From positions 99,510,001-99,574,000 of the forward strand of contig NC_042999.1 of the NCBI RefSeq assembly GCF_006345805.1: a stretch of DNA of 64,000 nt. The letters run 5' to 3'. Each line of letters opens with the position of its first letter. The stretch's first letter is position 1. Under the pieces are notes generated by a model. The model searched no databases and was not told the DNA's origin. It saw only the letters and a program-made list of their open reading frames with translations. The DNA is from Octopus sinensis. Taxonomy: Eukaryota. Positions 1 to 14,049 of the stretch are shown here, in pieces. The position numbers were made by a program, and so were the translations under genes.

Positions 1-821
1 GTGATATGTTGTGCGATAACATAGTATAGAGATAATATGCTTTTCGGAAGGATATATTACTCTAACATATCATCTTCAGGTCAATTCATTTTAAACTTGT
101 TTCATTATAATCTGTTAATATACACACATTACCGCATGTTTTGGGTGTAACAGAATATTTTCTACAAATGTTTTAAAGTCCGAGATTAACTGTTGCTAAT
201 AAGATTATGCTTTCCTTTTCCGATTATTAAGATCATCTCTAAAGATAACATTTAAAGAATAATATTTACTTCTACATAATATTTTAATGGGTTTAAACGC
301 TAATCGTCTGGTTGAGCAGATAGTATCAAGGGATATTCGTATTATAAGCTTTTCTTTCTATTGCAAACTGTACTTCTGTCAAGTAAAGCACTGATGCATA
401 TAAATGTAAACATTAAAAATACAGCAAATCTCAAAAGATGAGGATGTTAGTTACATTAGTTTAATCTAATTTTTACATCCTTCTTACTATAACAAGATTC
501 CATATTTATGTGCGTATGACGAAAAGATGAGGCTATTCCTGCTGAGTATTCATATGCAGTTTACAGATATTACAAAAAACGCAATGAAAATGTACAGACA
601 TATCACAACCACACATAAGCGTTCTAACATGTACATATATATTAACATACATATGCATATACAGAAATTGTCACCATTATGAACTAATTTGGATTTTGAT
701 CTATTTATTTTAAAGTACAACTTTGTTCTATTTATTTTTGCTATGGTGACTGAACACAATGTGTTCATCCGCTAAATGTCATAGTAGATCGGTGTATATA
801 TTCAGATACATAAGTGTGCAT

Positions 822-1745
822 GAAGGTATGTGTGTATGTATATGTATGTAACAAGAAATACATAGCAGCATTTGCAATCATCTTTACTATATATGCATTA
901 GATTGCCCTACATATTTTTGCACAAGCAATGTCGTCCTATAGTCTAAGTAATAATAAACTTATGAAGGTCACCATATAAATATGTCTTTCATTATTTTGT
1001 CTTCCTCCACAGCCTTTTGAAGCACCGACAGCTAAATTATTTAAAGCAATAATTTGAAGCATGTAGTCAAACAAAAATGGTAATTCACAGCTGTCTGCAA
1101 AGTAAAAAGATAATAAAGGCCTTGGTGCAAACAAATAGAAAAAAAAACATCCAGTGGTTATCGTTTCGATTCCTTGATCAATGATCTAGACATACCAAAT
1201 TGTTAAAGAACTAGGAAACATCACTCAATGATTTCTGAAGCAAGAACTTACCAAAATTAACGTTCTCGTATTGAGGGCTATACTAATATAAGAAATTATT
1301 ATTTGAGTTTTTCGAAGGCCAACGATAATAACCTCAAATTTAAATTTCATTTCTTTCATTCTTGATACTATGTCTTTTGATGTTACAGCTATATTATAAA
1401 GAAGTATGCCAAGAGACTTCTATAAAGTTGTTGAACTTGTTAGAAATACAAACTCGATCTTCATCATATCTCACCAAACGAGCATAAAAAGAAGGAAAAT
1501 ACTGAATAATATAGACCAAAAATTATATGATTTCGTTCATATGTTTGCACAAGCAATGTCGTCCTACTGTGTGAGCAATAATTAACTTATGAAGGTCACC
1601 ATATAAACATTTCTTTCATTATTTCGTCTTCCTCCACAGCCTTTTACCTTTAAAACCACGCTTGCAATCCTGCGAGGCATAGTTAGCGTCCAAAAGTCAA
1701 AAGATTTCTATCAAACATTGAGGACTATCAACATGAATTAAAAGA

Positions 1746-1779
<34 letters not shown>

Positions 1780-2040
1780 TCATATAAAATAATATATAAT
1801 ATTATATCTATATATACTTTTACATACACACACACACACATATCTGTAGTTTGATGTATGGGTAGGTAGATACATAGATATGTGTGTGAGTGAGTATGTG
1901 CGTGTTTCTGTGTGAATATACAGTTACATATGTATGGATGAAGGTATGTGTGTATGTATATGTATGTAACAAGAACTACATAGCAGCATTTGCAATCTTC
2001 TTTACTACATACATATGCATTAGATTGCCCTACATATTTT
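822..2040 (+). repeat. Shuffled local duplication: block A (822-918, second copy 1940-2040) and block B (911-1018, second copy 1538-1645)
   Basis: A = gaaggtatgtgtgtatg...gattgccctacatatttt and B = tgcacaagcaatgtcgtcct...cttcctccacagcctttt each occur twice in direct orientation with scattered substitutions. Confidence 0.85.
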
Positions 2041-3087
2041 CAATATTAGGATAAAGCATTGGATTTAGCACTTTAATCATTTGTAGATAAAGCAAACAAA
2101 AACATCTATGATAACAATGTCTGTGTGTACGTGCGTGTATCTATCTGTGTGTATCCGTGTGCGAAAGGAAATGAAAATGAAAATTGTGTCCTTTGAGAGA
2201 GAGAGAGAAGGAAAAAAAAAATCTCAGCTTGTTCAAGGAGATCAGCGAAGACGTTTCAGGATGAAAAAAAAAATAAGAAAAAGAAAAAGAAAATAAAGCG
2301 GGCTTGCAGCAGTGAATATCAATCACATTAGATGAAATAATGTCAGCAATGGAGTCCATGTTATTACAGAGAGACAACGTAGATTATTATGTCTGCTGTG
2401 GCAAACATAATTTACTGAAAACAATACTACAAAACATATTCTTAACAAGCATGATATAACAGTAAATTCGCAAGTCGATTCTATGTTAAATGGTTTCGAA
2501 CTATTGATCATTTCACTTTTTCTTATCCGACCTTCAATGCTTTTTTTGCCCATTATCTGCAAGTAAAGCTGTTGGCTTCCATAAAATTTTCTATCTATTT
2601 ATGTTGACTTTTTTTAAACATTAAAATTTATTTTTTAAAAATACAATTGCTTCTTAATATATTCTTTCGTGTTCGTTTTGTTTTGCTTCATTTTGCTTTC
2701 AAATTAACGCTTTAATACAAAATATGACGCCTACTGTTGAAATTACACGCGAATACACACTCATGCATATGTACATATATAGTTACGTTACACACATATA
2801 TATGTACATATATATGTATATGAGTAAATGTGTATATATATATATATGTGATTTTAATATTTCAGCGGCAAGTGTTTTAGTTTCCATAAAATATTAATTT
2901 CATATACATAGAAACACACACATACACTCACTCACACAAACACACAAACACACATACACAAACACGCATGCACACACACATGGACACACACAGAGAAATA
3001 TATATGGACATGGAGAGTGACGAGGAATTAGTACTTTGCCACGAGCTGTATGTACGTATGTATATACTTACATATATATATATATAT

Positions 3088-3146
<59 letters not shown>

Positions 3147-3287
3147 TGTGTGTATGTACGTATGTATGCATATATATAAATGTGTGAGTGCGTTACAGAT
3201 TTTAAGTTCGATAGGTTTTTGAGCTCATATATGTGCAATTTTATATTTCCCTGAGATAATAGGATACCGAAAAAGAAATTAAGAGTA

Positions 3288-3374
<87 letters not shown>
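3288..3374 (+). repeat. (GATA)n microsatellite
   Basis: Continuous tetranucleotide array. One of dozens of (TA)n, (CA)n, (TACA)n, (GATA)n, (AAT)n and (GA)n arrays in the window. Confidence 0.98.
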
Positions 3375-3375
<1 letters not shown>

Positions 3376-4016
3376 ATAGGCGGAATGACAGAGGTAGAAA
3401 GAGAACTTGGGGAAATAATAAGAGTAGTTACCCAAATTTTATTTTTACGAGTTTGAGGAATATATCTTGTTTTACTTTCATATTTTAAATATCAGTTAAG
3501 CTGCGTTTGCATATCAGCGATAAACTTAGAAACAGATAAAGACATTCCATACACTAACATATCACAAACACTTTCTACATACATCCAAACTATAAAATTA
3601 AGCTCAAATACATAGTGAGTGCTGAGAATGTGAGGCACATGTACTATGTCTATGTGTCTCTGTAGACATACATACACACATACATATACATACATACATA
3701 CATACATACATACATACATAGGTGTGTCATTGTCTGTATGCGTGTGTGTGTGCGTGTGCGTGTATGTGTTGGACAACATTTATTAAACTGCTTAAAATAT
3801 AGATCGCTTAGATCTAATCAACATTGATGCCGGTGGTAGTTTGACAGAACTTAAGTAAAACTAGTAACCCACGCACACTAACCACACATATGTGCACTCA
3901 CATGTAGTGTATATGTATGCATGCCAAAGCTATAGAGTTACTTTTTCAGTGATTAGGTCTGAAAATGCGAAAGAACTGAAGGAATGAACAAATCAGTACA
4001 GAGCACACATATACCT

Positions 4017-4241
4017 CTTTCTTTACTACCCACAAGGGGCTAAACACAGAGGGGGCAAGCAAGGACAGACAAAGGGATTAAGTCGATTAGATCGACCCCA
4101 GTGCGTAACTGATACTTAATTTATCGACCCCGAAAGGATGAAAGGCAAAGTCAACCTCGGCGGAATTTGAACTCAGAGCGTAACGGCAGACGAAATACGG
4201 CTACGCATTTCGCCTGGCGTGCTAACGTTTCTGCCAGCTCG
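4017..4241 (-). mobile_element. tRNA-derived SINE, family A
   Basis: Minus strand has an A-box-like TGGCAGAAACG and a B-box-like GAGTTCAAATTCC, followed by the body ccttttcatcctttcggggtcgataaa-like sequence. The same family recurs at 33762-33968, 53250-53447 and 58317-58550. Confidence 0.85.
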
Positions 4242-4869
4242 TTATATCCACTCCTTTATTTCTTATTAGTACTCTATACTATAAATTGACAAAACGTTTC
4301 GTGCCTCTAAGAAATGAACACTGAACAAATTCGAAATCAGTTACTGGCGATGTTTTACACGCCTGTAAATGTTTGTTTCTATCTTTTTGACAAACGGTTA
4401 ATATGTCTTTTCCCCCAATTATCTATATTAAGTAATTCTTTAGGATAACAATATCTCTGTAGGATACATGTATTTAATATGATGTTGGATTCTTAAAATT
4501 CTCCTTATTGTTTATCATCATTTAATATGGGTGTTCGTTTTTATGTGTGGTTTATAATTTTTTCTCATATACTTGATACATCATTGTGATTATGTCATAA
4601 AGTGATATTATAAACAAAATTGGAGACATCCATAGATATATACGCCTGCTAAAACAGTACTAATCTGGTATTAAGCAAAAATAATACCATCTGAATTTTT
4701 TAGATAAAATTCTTTCTTATATTGGGTCAAGGCCAGTAATTTTAATGGGAGACGATAAATCGAATTCATTGATCTTAGTAGTTAAATGGTACTATTGTAT
4801 CGACCTTGAAAGAATGAATAACCATCTTGGTCGACACTCCGATGACTGTGTCAGCATATCAAACTCTAT

Positions 4870-5140
4870 TTATTGATCGGTATGAGCGTTCATTGTAATT
4901 ATAATATCTTAGCAAAAAAGTTTGATAAGCTCGGAAAATATAAAGATCTACTCATTGAAGTCGAAAAAATGTGGCATATCAAGACGGTTACAGTGCAAGT
5001 GATTGTAGGAGCACTTGAAATGATGAAAAACAGGAAGTGTAAACTATTTGAGAATGATCCTTAGCATACTATCCATGCGAGATGCGTAAAAGATTGTTCT
5101 AACTAGCATGTCAAACGTATTGAGAAGTGCATTGTGAATT
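4870..5140 (+). mobile_element. R4/Dong-like LINE, 3' fragment (C-terminus of the restriction-like endonuclease)
   Basis: KLGKYKDLLIEVEKMWHIKTVTVQVIVGAL aligns with KISKYKDLEIEVTRMWNLKIETIPIIVGALG of the large copy (ORF 12134-12355). Confidence 0.8.
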
Positions 5141-5499
5141 TTCTTTCTTTGTCCCCTTTTTCTTTGTTTTCTTTTTTCTTTCTTATCTTTTAGTTTTTCC
5201 TATTTTCTAGTTTCTTTATTCTTTCTTTCTTTTTCCTCTTTCCTTCTATCACATAGCTTGACTTTGTAAATGAACAATCTGTTATGTACGTTTTAATAGC
5301 CTACCAATTTATGCAATACGTTTCTTAGATATAGACACCTAAGTAGGTAATAGTGAAGGAAGTTTATAAAGAGCTACTAGAGTTACAGCAAAACATAGGG
5401 AAGCCAAAAAGCCAAACGAAGTTAAAAACTAGAAACAAGAACAAATGTTCTCTAACTGGCAGGAGAAGGCGTTGCATCGTAGATTCCCAAAGATATCTG

Positions 5500-6300
5500 C
5501 AGCAAATGATAATAGTGAGACATAGTTACGGTCGAGAAAGGAAGGTTGGAAAGGGAGAAGGAAGTTTGTTAGTAGCAGCACACAATCAAGCATTAAGGAC
5601 TAATTGGATAAAAGCCAAGATAGAAAAAAACCAAATAGATTCCCAATGTAGGTTATGCAAATCAAAAGATGAAAGCGTTACTCATATAGTAAGTGAATGT
5701 AGGATGCTGTCATAAGAAGAGTACAAGGAAACATGACAACCTAAGAAGAGTAATCCGTTTAGAGTTATGTAGAAAGCTAGGATCTGACCATACTGATAAA
5801 TGGTATGAACATAAACCTAGTAAAGTACTAGAAAGTAGGAAATACAAGATGTTGTGTGACTTTGACATTCAAACTGACAGAGTAATAGAAGCATGATTTA
5901 GTAGTAGATAAATAGAATAGAAAGTGCCAGATAATTGACTTTACAATCCCAAATGATGAAAAAATCAATATAAGAGATATGGAAAAATAGCGAAGTACCA
6001 GGACTCAGCCATTGAATTACAGAAACTATGGTAAGGGTGGGCAAAATGTATCTCGATAGGTATAGGTGCATAGGGAATTAACCTGAAAGATCTGAACCGA
6101 TGGATAGAGGAAATAGGCATAAAACCTAGTTCAGTATAGCTCCAGAAAATAGTGTTATTAGGGACAGCTAGGATGCGGAGGAGGCTTCTTTGCATCTAAG
6201 GTTACTTGTTGTCACCCGATGTTAGGATTTTTTTCTTTTCCAACAGTCTAATATGTTGTGTGTGTATGAGAATAACAACAGCAACAATAATAATAACAAT
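5500..6300 (+). mobile_element. R4/Dong-like LINE, 5'-truncated decayed copy (CCHC knuckle and REL domain)
   Basis: AAHNQALRTNWIKAKI-CRLCKSKDESVTHIVSEC, RKHDNL, KWYEHKP, LCDFDIQTDRVIE; ends in an AAC/AAT tail. Confidence 0.85.
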
Positions 6301-6319
6301 TACATAATAATAATTACCC

Positions 6320-6998
6320 AATTGCATAAAATACGGAATAAACAACACATCATAAAGTGATAAGTGCAGAATTTATAAAGAAGATGCGAAACCGTATGGC
6401 ATATTACCAGTAAATATAAGAGACGTCATGAATATAAGAGACGTCAATATAGCAAGGATTGTCCATTGGACACTTTGCAACAGGTATGGACTTGACACAG
6501 AAAAAAAGTGGTACGAACATAAACACGAAGGCATCATCAAAAATTATAATGCAAAGATCCTATGGAATTTTATGATTCAGTGCGACCGCGAGCTAGAGAA
6601 TAAAAAACCAGACATAATGTCAATTGAGAAAGAAAACAGACGAAGCTGGATCATAAATATAGCATGTCCAGCTGACAACAAGTTATGCGATAAGGAAGGA
6701 AAAAGTTGATAGATATGACAGGTTAGCTTGGAAGGTTAAGCAGTTTTGATCGCTGAAAAAGGTGGTAGTAGCATTAATAACTGCCAAAGTCTTGGGAATA
6801 GTGAGTAAACATCTTGAGAAGTCCATGGAACAAATATGGGTTGCAATAAGGGTGGAGCACTTGCAGAAGACAGCACTGCTTGGAACCGCTCGAATACTCC
6901 AGGTGGTCCTTGAAAAATAAGCGGTGTTACCTTAGTTCATGGTAGTGAACAGCTGGGACCGTAGTACATCTCCAGTGTTAGAAGCTGGAGATGTACTA

Positions 6999-7072
<74 letters not shown>
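6320..7072 (+). mobile_element. R4/Dong-like LINE, 5'-truncated copy with 3' UTR hairpin and (AAT)n tail
   Basis: IVHWTLCNRYG-KWYEHK-ILWNFMIQCDRELENKKPDI-IINIACPAD, then LQKTALLGTARIL; (AAT)n at about 7000-7072. Confidence 0.85.
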
Positions 7073-7073
<1 letters not shown>

Positions 7074-10000
7074 GGATACACCGGGGGACGTTTAAGATGT
7101 AAGAACGATAAAACAGAGCTCTGAAATCTATCCACAAACATCGAAAACAAGGACATCGTATGGAACCAAAGATTTACTAAAAAAGAATTGAACTGTACTC
7201 GAGTAAGTAATACTCATTGAAATTTATTGCTATTTTCCAAACGAAATGATGTATTTTAACTCGATATCATCTCCACCTCTAACACAACACATGTAAACAT
7301 GCGTGAAACATTACGATCCGCAACACCAGATAATCTCCGACCCCAAACACCACGTACAAAAAAACTACAAAGAAATTAAATAACCGATATTATTCAACCC
7401 AAGAATAACAATCAGGAGGTACGTACTTTAAACTTACAACACAAAATGTACGAAAAACTACACGTGCAAAACAATGTGACAACAGAAATGAACGGACCGG
7501 TACCCTACCAAAATGACGACCGTCAAAATAATGGGCCGGACGTTGTTCCTCATGTGCCGCAAATAAAACCCAAAAGACATAAATGGACACGTGAGGAATA
7601 TATTTCTATCCTACACGCATACTTCACAGCAGTGCTCTACCCAAAAAATGAAAACACAACAACACATGCATATAAAATATGGAAGGAAAATAACATAAAT
7701 ATAGACTTGGATACAGCAATGAACCCTAATAAACTAGCTAACGTACGAAGATACATTCTCAACGCAAAAAAATATCAGAAATAGAAATAGAACATCTAAA
7801 AGAAAAAATACACCGGGAAAATGTAGATAGAAGCCACACAACAATGCCCAATAATATAAACACTGAAACAGTAAAACACGAAGACAAACATAACATTGCC
7901 AACAAACACGATGTAAACAAAAAACAACAAACCCAGACCGTAAGGATGCATAATGATACACGACAAGCAGCAAGCCAAAACACGGCAAACAAACATATAA
8001 ATAAGAAAGAAAGCGACATAAATCTAAAACCTGGAAACAACGAAGGGGAGCCTAATGATTATGATAATATAAAAAGTAAAATAGTCAAAGAACTGAAAAC
8101 CACAGAGCTCAAAATGGACCACCGACCATACCTTCCAAAAATCAAAATAGACGAAGCAACAACACCAATTATAAACAACATAAACCTAGCCGTCATGGAA
8201 CTAATAGCCACTGAAACAAAAAGCGATATCACTGAGCTAAATGACTTAGTATACGCAGCAGCCACTGCAGCCACAAAAGAAGCTTGATACTCACTCAACC
8301 TCATCCAAACAAGAGTACCACCACCCAAACAAACCCTGTGGATAAATAACATCCAAAACAAAATACAAAAAATGAGAAAAGATCTGTCGATTCTTAATGA
8401 AATCAGTAGACAATCAACGCTACTGAGCAACAAAAAGAAAACAAAAATACTCCGCAAATATAACATCACAGAAAAAGATTTACCTGAGATAAAAGAAAAG
8501 CTGAAGCAAGATATCCTTGCCAAAGCGCAAAGGATCCGCCGGTACGAGAAACGCCAGCGTTTCTTTGAACAAAACAAACAGTTCAACTCCAACCCCAAAA
8601 AGGTCTACCAAGAACTTGGCAAAAATAAAATAGAAATCACTGCAGCACCAACGGCAGAAGAAGTGGAAGAATTCTGGAGAGAAATATGGTCGGCGAACGA
8701 ACAACAAAAAAAAAAAGGATTATTAAAACAGCAAAATCAGCATCTGAGGAACTTTGGACCCCCATAACAACTGAAGAGGTCACCCAGGCACTGCAAAGAC
8801 TAAGCAACTGTAAGGCACCTGGGCATGACAAGATCCCCAACTTCTGGTTGAAATATCTAACAGGAATGCACAAAAAGCTGGCTGAAAACTTTAATAACAT
8901 ACTAGCAGAGCCAGAGACAATGCCTGAATGGCTCACGAAGGGGAAAACCATCTTAATTCCCAAATCAAATGAGACAGCAAAACCAGAAAACTACAGACCA
9001 ATAACCTGTCTCCCTACAATGTACAAGGCATTTACTGCAGTGATATCGCAAAGGTTGAACAAGCACCTGGACGAAAACAACCTGTTTCCAGAAGAGCAGA
9101 AAGGATGCCGCAAGGGCTCATATGGCTGTAAAGATCAACTAATGATTAATAAAGCCATAACTGAAGACAGCCACAGAAAGAAGAAAGGCCTCAGTATGGC
9201 CTGGATCGACTACAAAAAGGCGTATGATAGCATCCCTCACACATGGATCCTCGAAACGCTAGCCATTAACAAAGTAGCACCAACAATTATAAAATTCATA
9301 GGGCACTCTATGAATAAATGGCAAACAGTGCTACAGCTCCAAACAAAAGAGGGACTCATGAAAACAAAAGCCATCCCCATTAGAAGAGGAATATTCCAGG
9401 GAGACACGCTTTCTCCACTCCTTTTCTGCTTGGCACTGTCACCTCTATTGGATATGCTAAACAGAACTGGATGCGGATATAAATGTTACGGCAAAACGAT
9501 CAGCCACATTTTATATATGGATGACCTAAAACTATACGCTGCAAATGACAAACAGCTGGAAACACTACTAAAGACAGTTCATGGATTTACCAAAGAAATA
9601 GATATGAAATTTGGATTAGAAAAATGCGCCAAAGTAACCATGAAAAGAGGAAAACTAGTTAAGAGTAGCAACATCACACTAGATAAAACCAATGAAATAA
9701 AAGAATTATACCAAAGCCAAACTTACAAATACTTAGGAATCCATGAACTAAATAAAACACAACACACACAAATGAAAGCGAAAATAAAAAAAGAATATTA
9801 TAGACGAGTTAGATCAATACTAAAAACAGAGCTCAATGCTAAAAACAAGATAATAGGTATTAACACTTAGGCTGTCCCAGTTATAAGTTACAGCTACAAT
9901 ATTGTTAACTGGACACTAAATGAACTGACCAAAATAGATAGGAAAACAAGAAAAATAATGACAGGATCTAGGATGCATCACCCAATATCTGACATAGAAA

Positions 10001-10207
10001 GACTATATATAAAACGTATAGAAGGTCGTAGAGGCCTTATACAACTGGAAAACTACTATAAAATAACCACCATAGGACTGCAAAAATATCTACTTCAGAA
10101 GGAAGGAAAACTTATAAAAATATCGGCAAAACACGAGCAAAACAAAAAACTGTTCTCAGTATTTAAGGAAGCTGACAAACACAAACAAGAAATCATACCA
10201 CCTAATA

Positions 10208-11494
10208 CGAGGGGCGTTCAATAAGTAATGCCCCTGACCCACTTCCCATAGTAGTAGAGCAACAAAACTCGGCACAGGTATTAGTATTTTTCTACATAGG
10301 AACCACTCAGAGTTACGCATTTCTCCCATCGTTTGATGCAGCTCTGGATACCGTTTTTGTAGAAGACCCCAGCTTGGTCCTCCAACCACAACGTGACTTC
10401 AGAAATCAAGGCTGCATCATCTGGTAAACGCTTTCCTTTCAAAAACAACTTCATGGGTGGGAAGAGGTGAAAATCAGAGGGTGCAAGATCAGGAGAGTAG
10501 GGGGATGGGGGAGAAGTTCATAGCCGCATTCCTGTGCTTTTGATCTAGCGACACGCGAGTTGTGGACCGGAGCGTTGTCCTGCAGGAGGAGGATGCCTTT
10601 GCTGATATTGCCCCGCTTCTTGATTTTGATAGCTTCTCTTAATTTCCTCAAAAGTGAAGCATAATAGGCTCCTGTAATTGTGGTACCCTTTGCCAGAAAA
10701 TATGTCATCACTACTCCGCCCTGGTCCCAGAAGACTGTGAGCGTGACCTTGCCAGCGGAGGGCTGCACCCTTGCCTTCTTTGGAGGGGGTGAGTCACTGC
10801 GCTTCCACTGCATTGACTGAGCTTTGGTCTCTGGATCATAGTGATGGACCCAGGTTTCATCCTGTGTAAATAGTCTTGAAATATTTTGACTCATCTTGGC
10901 ACATCTCCAAATTTATCCACGAGCATTCGACGCGTTCTTGCTTCTGGAAAGGTATGAGCAGCCTGGGAATCCATCTGGCACACACCTTTTGCATATGTAA
11001 ATGGTCATGAATGATAGTTTCCACAGACCCAGTACTAATCTTGACTTCATGGGCTATTTGGCGAATAGTTATGCGTCGATCTTCCAAAATGGCAGCCTCA
11101 ACTTGACGGACAGATGCCTCATCAATGGCAGAAGGGGGGCGACCAGATCTGGGAGCTGTTTCCACAGAGTTCCGACCAAGTTTGAATTCACGATGCCAGC
11201 GTTTTACAAGGTAATATGATGGGGCATCATCACGATAAGTTACTTTCATTTCATCAAAAGTCTCCCGTGGTGTGCGTCCTTTCAAATACAAAAACCGGAT
11301 CACAGCTCGACACTCAACAGGCTCCATTTCACACCTGACTCAGTTCAAACACCTGTAAATCAGAAACCTCAATTAGTTCAGAGCTGTAATTTCCTACTTA
11401 ATCTGTAGAGATATAAATGATTGCACATGCAACATTTCAGCTAGATCAAACAACTGCAATTGGGTCAGGGGCATTACTTATTGAACGCCCCTCG
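10208..11494 (-). mobile_element. Mariner (Tc1/mariner, DD34D-type) DNA transposon, 1287 bp
   Basis: Perfect 34-bp TIRs CGAGGGGCGTTCAATAAGTAATGCCCCTGACCCA at 10208-10241 and 11461-11494; TA on both sides (10206-10207 and 11495-11496). Confidence 0.97.
10281..11327 (-). pseudogene. Mariner transposase with two small frameshifts
   Basis: MEPVECRAVIRFLYLKG HTH start; motifs WIPRLL, QDETW, LLQDNAPVH and PHPP-YSPDLAPSDFHLF; stop at 10281-10283. Frameshifts near 10880 and in the G-run at 10500-10504. Confidence 0.93.
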
Positions 11495-12466
11495 TAAATA
11501 TGAAGAAGAAGAAGGAGAAGAAGATGAAGAAACAACAAAAGCTATAAAACAAATGAAATCCAAACTAAAAATAGAACAGCAAAGAACCATGATAAAACGA
11601 TGGCAAGAAAAGCCCCTTCATGGTAAATACTGGACTAAACTAAACGCAAACGAAATAGACAAAGAAAAATTCCAGCAATGGTTGAGAACCTCAGGACTCA
11701 AAGCAGAGACAGAGGGATTTTTAATTGCAGCACAAGACCAAAGCCTCCCCACCAGAAATTACCAAAAACATGTAATGAAAAGAAATTTAACAAGTAACTG
11801 CAGAATATGTGGAGATGGACAAGAAACAATAAATCATATTATCTCTGGCTGCCCAGTCCTGGCTAAGAAGGAATATATTCACAGACATGACAGAGTTGGA
11901 ACCTACATACACTGGAAGCTATGCCAACATTATGGAATAACAACAGAAAAAAGATGGTATAGGCACACACCAGAAAAGGTCACAGAAAACGAGAAAGCAA
12001 CCATACTCTGGGATATGCCGATACACACAGATAGAGAAATTAAGGCCAACAGACCAGATATAGTTGTCAGAGATCATGAAGAAAGAAAAAAAATTGCTTT
12101 CTGATTGATGTATCAATACCGGCAGATGACAACGTGTCTCTAAAAGAAATGGAGAAAATCTCAAAATACAAAGACCTGGAAATAGAGGTAACTAGAATGT
12201 GGAATCTGAAAATAGAAACAATTCCTATCATAGTAGGTGCATTAGGCATGATAAAAAAATATTCAGACAAATACATAACAAAAACACCAGGACTTACAAA
12301 CACATATAACATACAGAAAATTGCACTACTAGGCACTGCACACATCCTACAATAACACTTTCCATACAATAACCATCAGAGCATCACAACAAATCACAGC
12401 ACATACCCAAGGCACACAGAGCTGCGCTCGGTAGTGAAGTGAAAGTACGCTATAAAAATAAAACTA

Positions 12467-12574
<108 letters not shown>

Positions 12575-14007
12575 AGGAAGAAAATATAGTGAATGATAAT
12601 GATAGAGCGAATTAAACGAATAAATTGAATGAGATGATAACGACAACGAAGATGGTTAAATCGATGACGACGACAACGCAAACGAGGACGACGACGTAAG
12701 TGGTGATGGTGGCGATGGAGACAGTCATAAATAAACAGTTACTGCTCTGATTAACAATAAATAAATGTGATGTAAAAGTACTATGTTGCTGCACAATATA
12801 TTAAGAATATGTTAATTTTAGGTTTTAGAAAACAAGACAAAGAACCTATATGATTGTTTTTACTTCATTTCGGTGTTTGAAATAGTCCGATATATTCAGT
12901 GTGTTTCATATTTTAGGACCATAGGTTTCTATACATCGTTTCTGGTACAGCTTGAAGCAGTTTCAGCGTATTATCTACAAGTAAGTACTAAGAAGCAAAA
13001 GAAAAAAAGAAAGAAAGAAAGAAAATAAGAAAAAGAAATATATACATATATATAAAGAAACAGGGACTATTATAAATGGATGTTCGTTGTATTAAGTGTA
13101 ATATTTCGTTATACAATCTGGGTAGAAGAAAATTACTTCTGAGAAAAAGCTTCATTCAAGATGCTCTAAAATGCTATATTCTGTAGATGCAACTGTCTAT
13201 TATTTGCTTATGTGGATCATTAATATTCTCGACATCATGTTATTAATCGACGAAGGATGTATTTAGTAACTCGTCCTATTAGAAATGGCTGTCAAATCTC
13301 CCTGAAATCACACCATATATTTTTTCTTTCTCTCTCACTTTCTTTCTTTCTTTCTTTCTTTCTTCCTTTCTTACTTCCAATCTTTATTTTTCTTTCTTTC
13401 TTTCTTTCTTCTTTCTTTCTTTCTTTCTTTCATTCTTTCTTTCTAAACAAACGTAGTATATATTCAAAAAGGGCTCCTAAAATTACTAGACGATCCTTCG
13501 TTGTGGTTTGTCTATGGGATCTATTTAAACAGAGGATAAATGTATGCATATATGAAGTTATTTACATTCTGTTACACACAGGCACACATACACATAATAT
13601 ATATGTAATACTTTTAGCCTATGTCTAAATGCCTCGTTCGGAAGCAGATAAGGGAGAGCAACTGCTATACTGAGACTGTTGAGGCAGACGCGTGTTCACA
13701 GTTTTACTCTTGTCTCCACACACTGAGGGTTTTTTAATGGCATAGCAATTTCGGAGAACTTTTAATTGTTGTGATTAACTCCCTTTTTATTTAGAGTAGT
13801 CTCAATCATAACCAAGCATTGTAGTATATTGCACACTATTTACTCTAGAAGCGGAAATAGCTTCAATAATTCAAGTAGTTACCTTATATAGTATTTAATA
13901 CACACCTGTTCGTATTACATACATAGATACACACACACACACACACACACACACTCTCTCTCTCACACATACACACGCTCATACACACCACACACATATG
14001 TTTATAT

Positions 14008-14044
<37 letters not shown>

Positions 14045-14049
14045 CCTGT

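Larger units (their letters stand above)
7446..12355 (+). pseudogene. Disrupted single ORF of the R4/Dong-like element (RT, CCHC, REL endonuclease)
   Basis: ORF-track pieces 7446-7784, 7844-8287, 8372-8767, 8686-9870, 9958-10224, 11460-12104 and 12134-12355. Broken by frameshifts, an in-frame TAG at 9868-9870 (the frame continues past it) and the mariner insertion. Confidence 0.9.

Noticed and set aside
330-768. Hydrophobic minus-strand peptides (LERLCVVVICLYIFIAFF, FAVFLMFTFICISALL) suggesting a membrane protein or receptor exon
   Set aside because: T-rich strands give hydrophobic translations by chance; frames are short with stops and I recognise no family motif.
1150-1530. Possible Penelope RT remnant (MSFDV motif at 1370)
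   Set aside because: A single short motif followed by a stop, with no further RT motifs.
2290-2580. Possible BED-finger or Buster-type hAT remnant
   Set aside because: Cys/His spacing only appears with several frame changes; not supportable.
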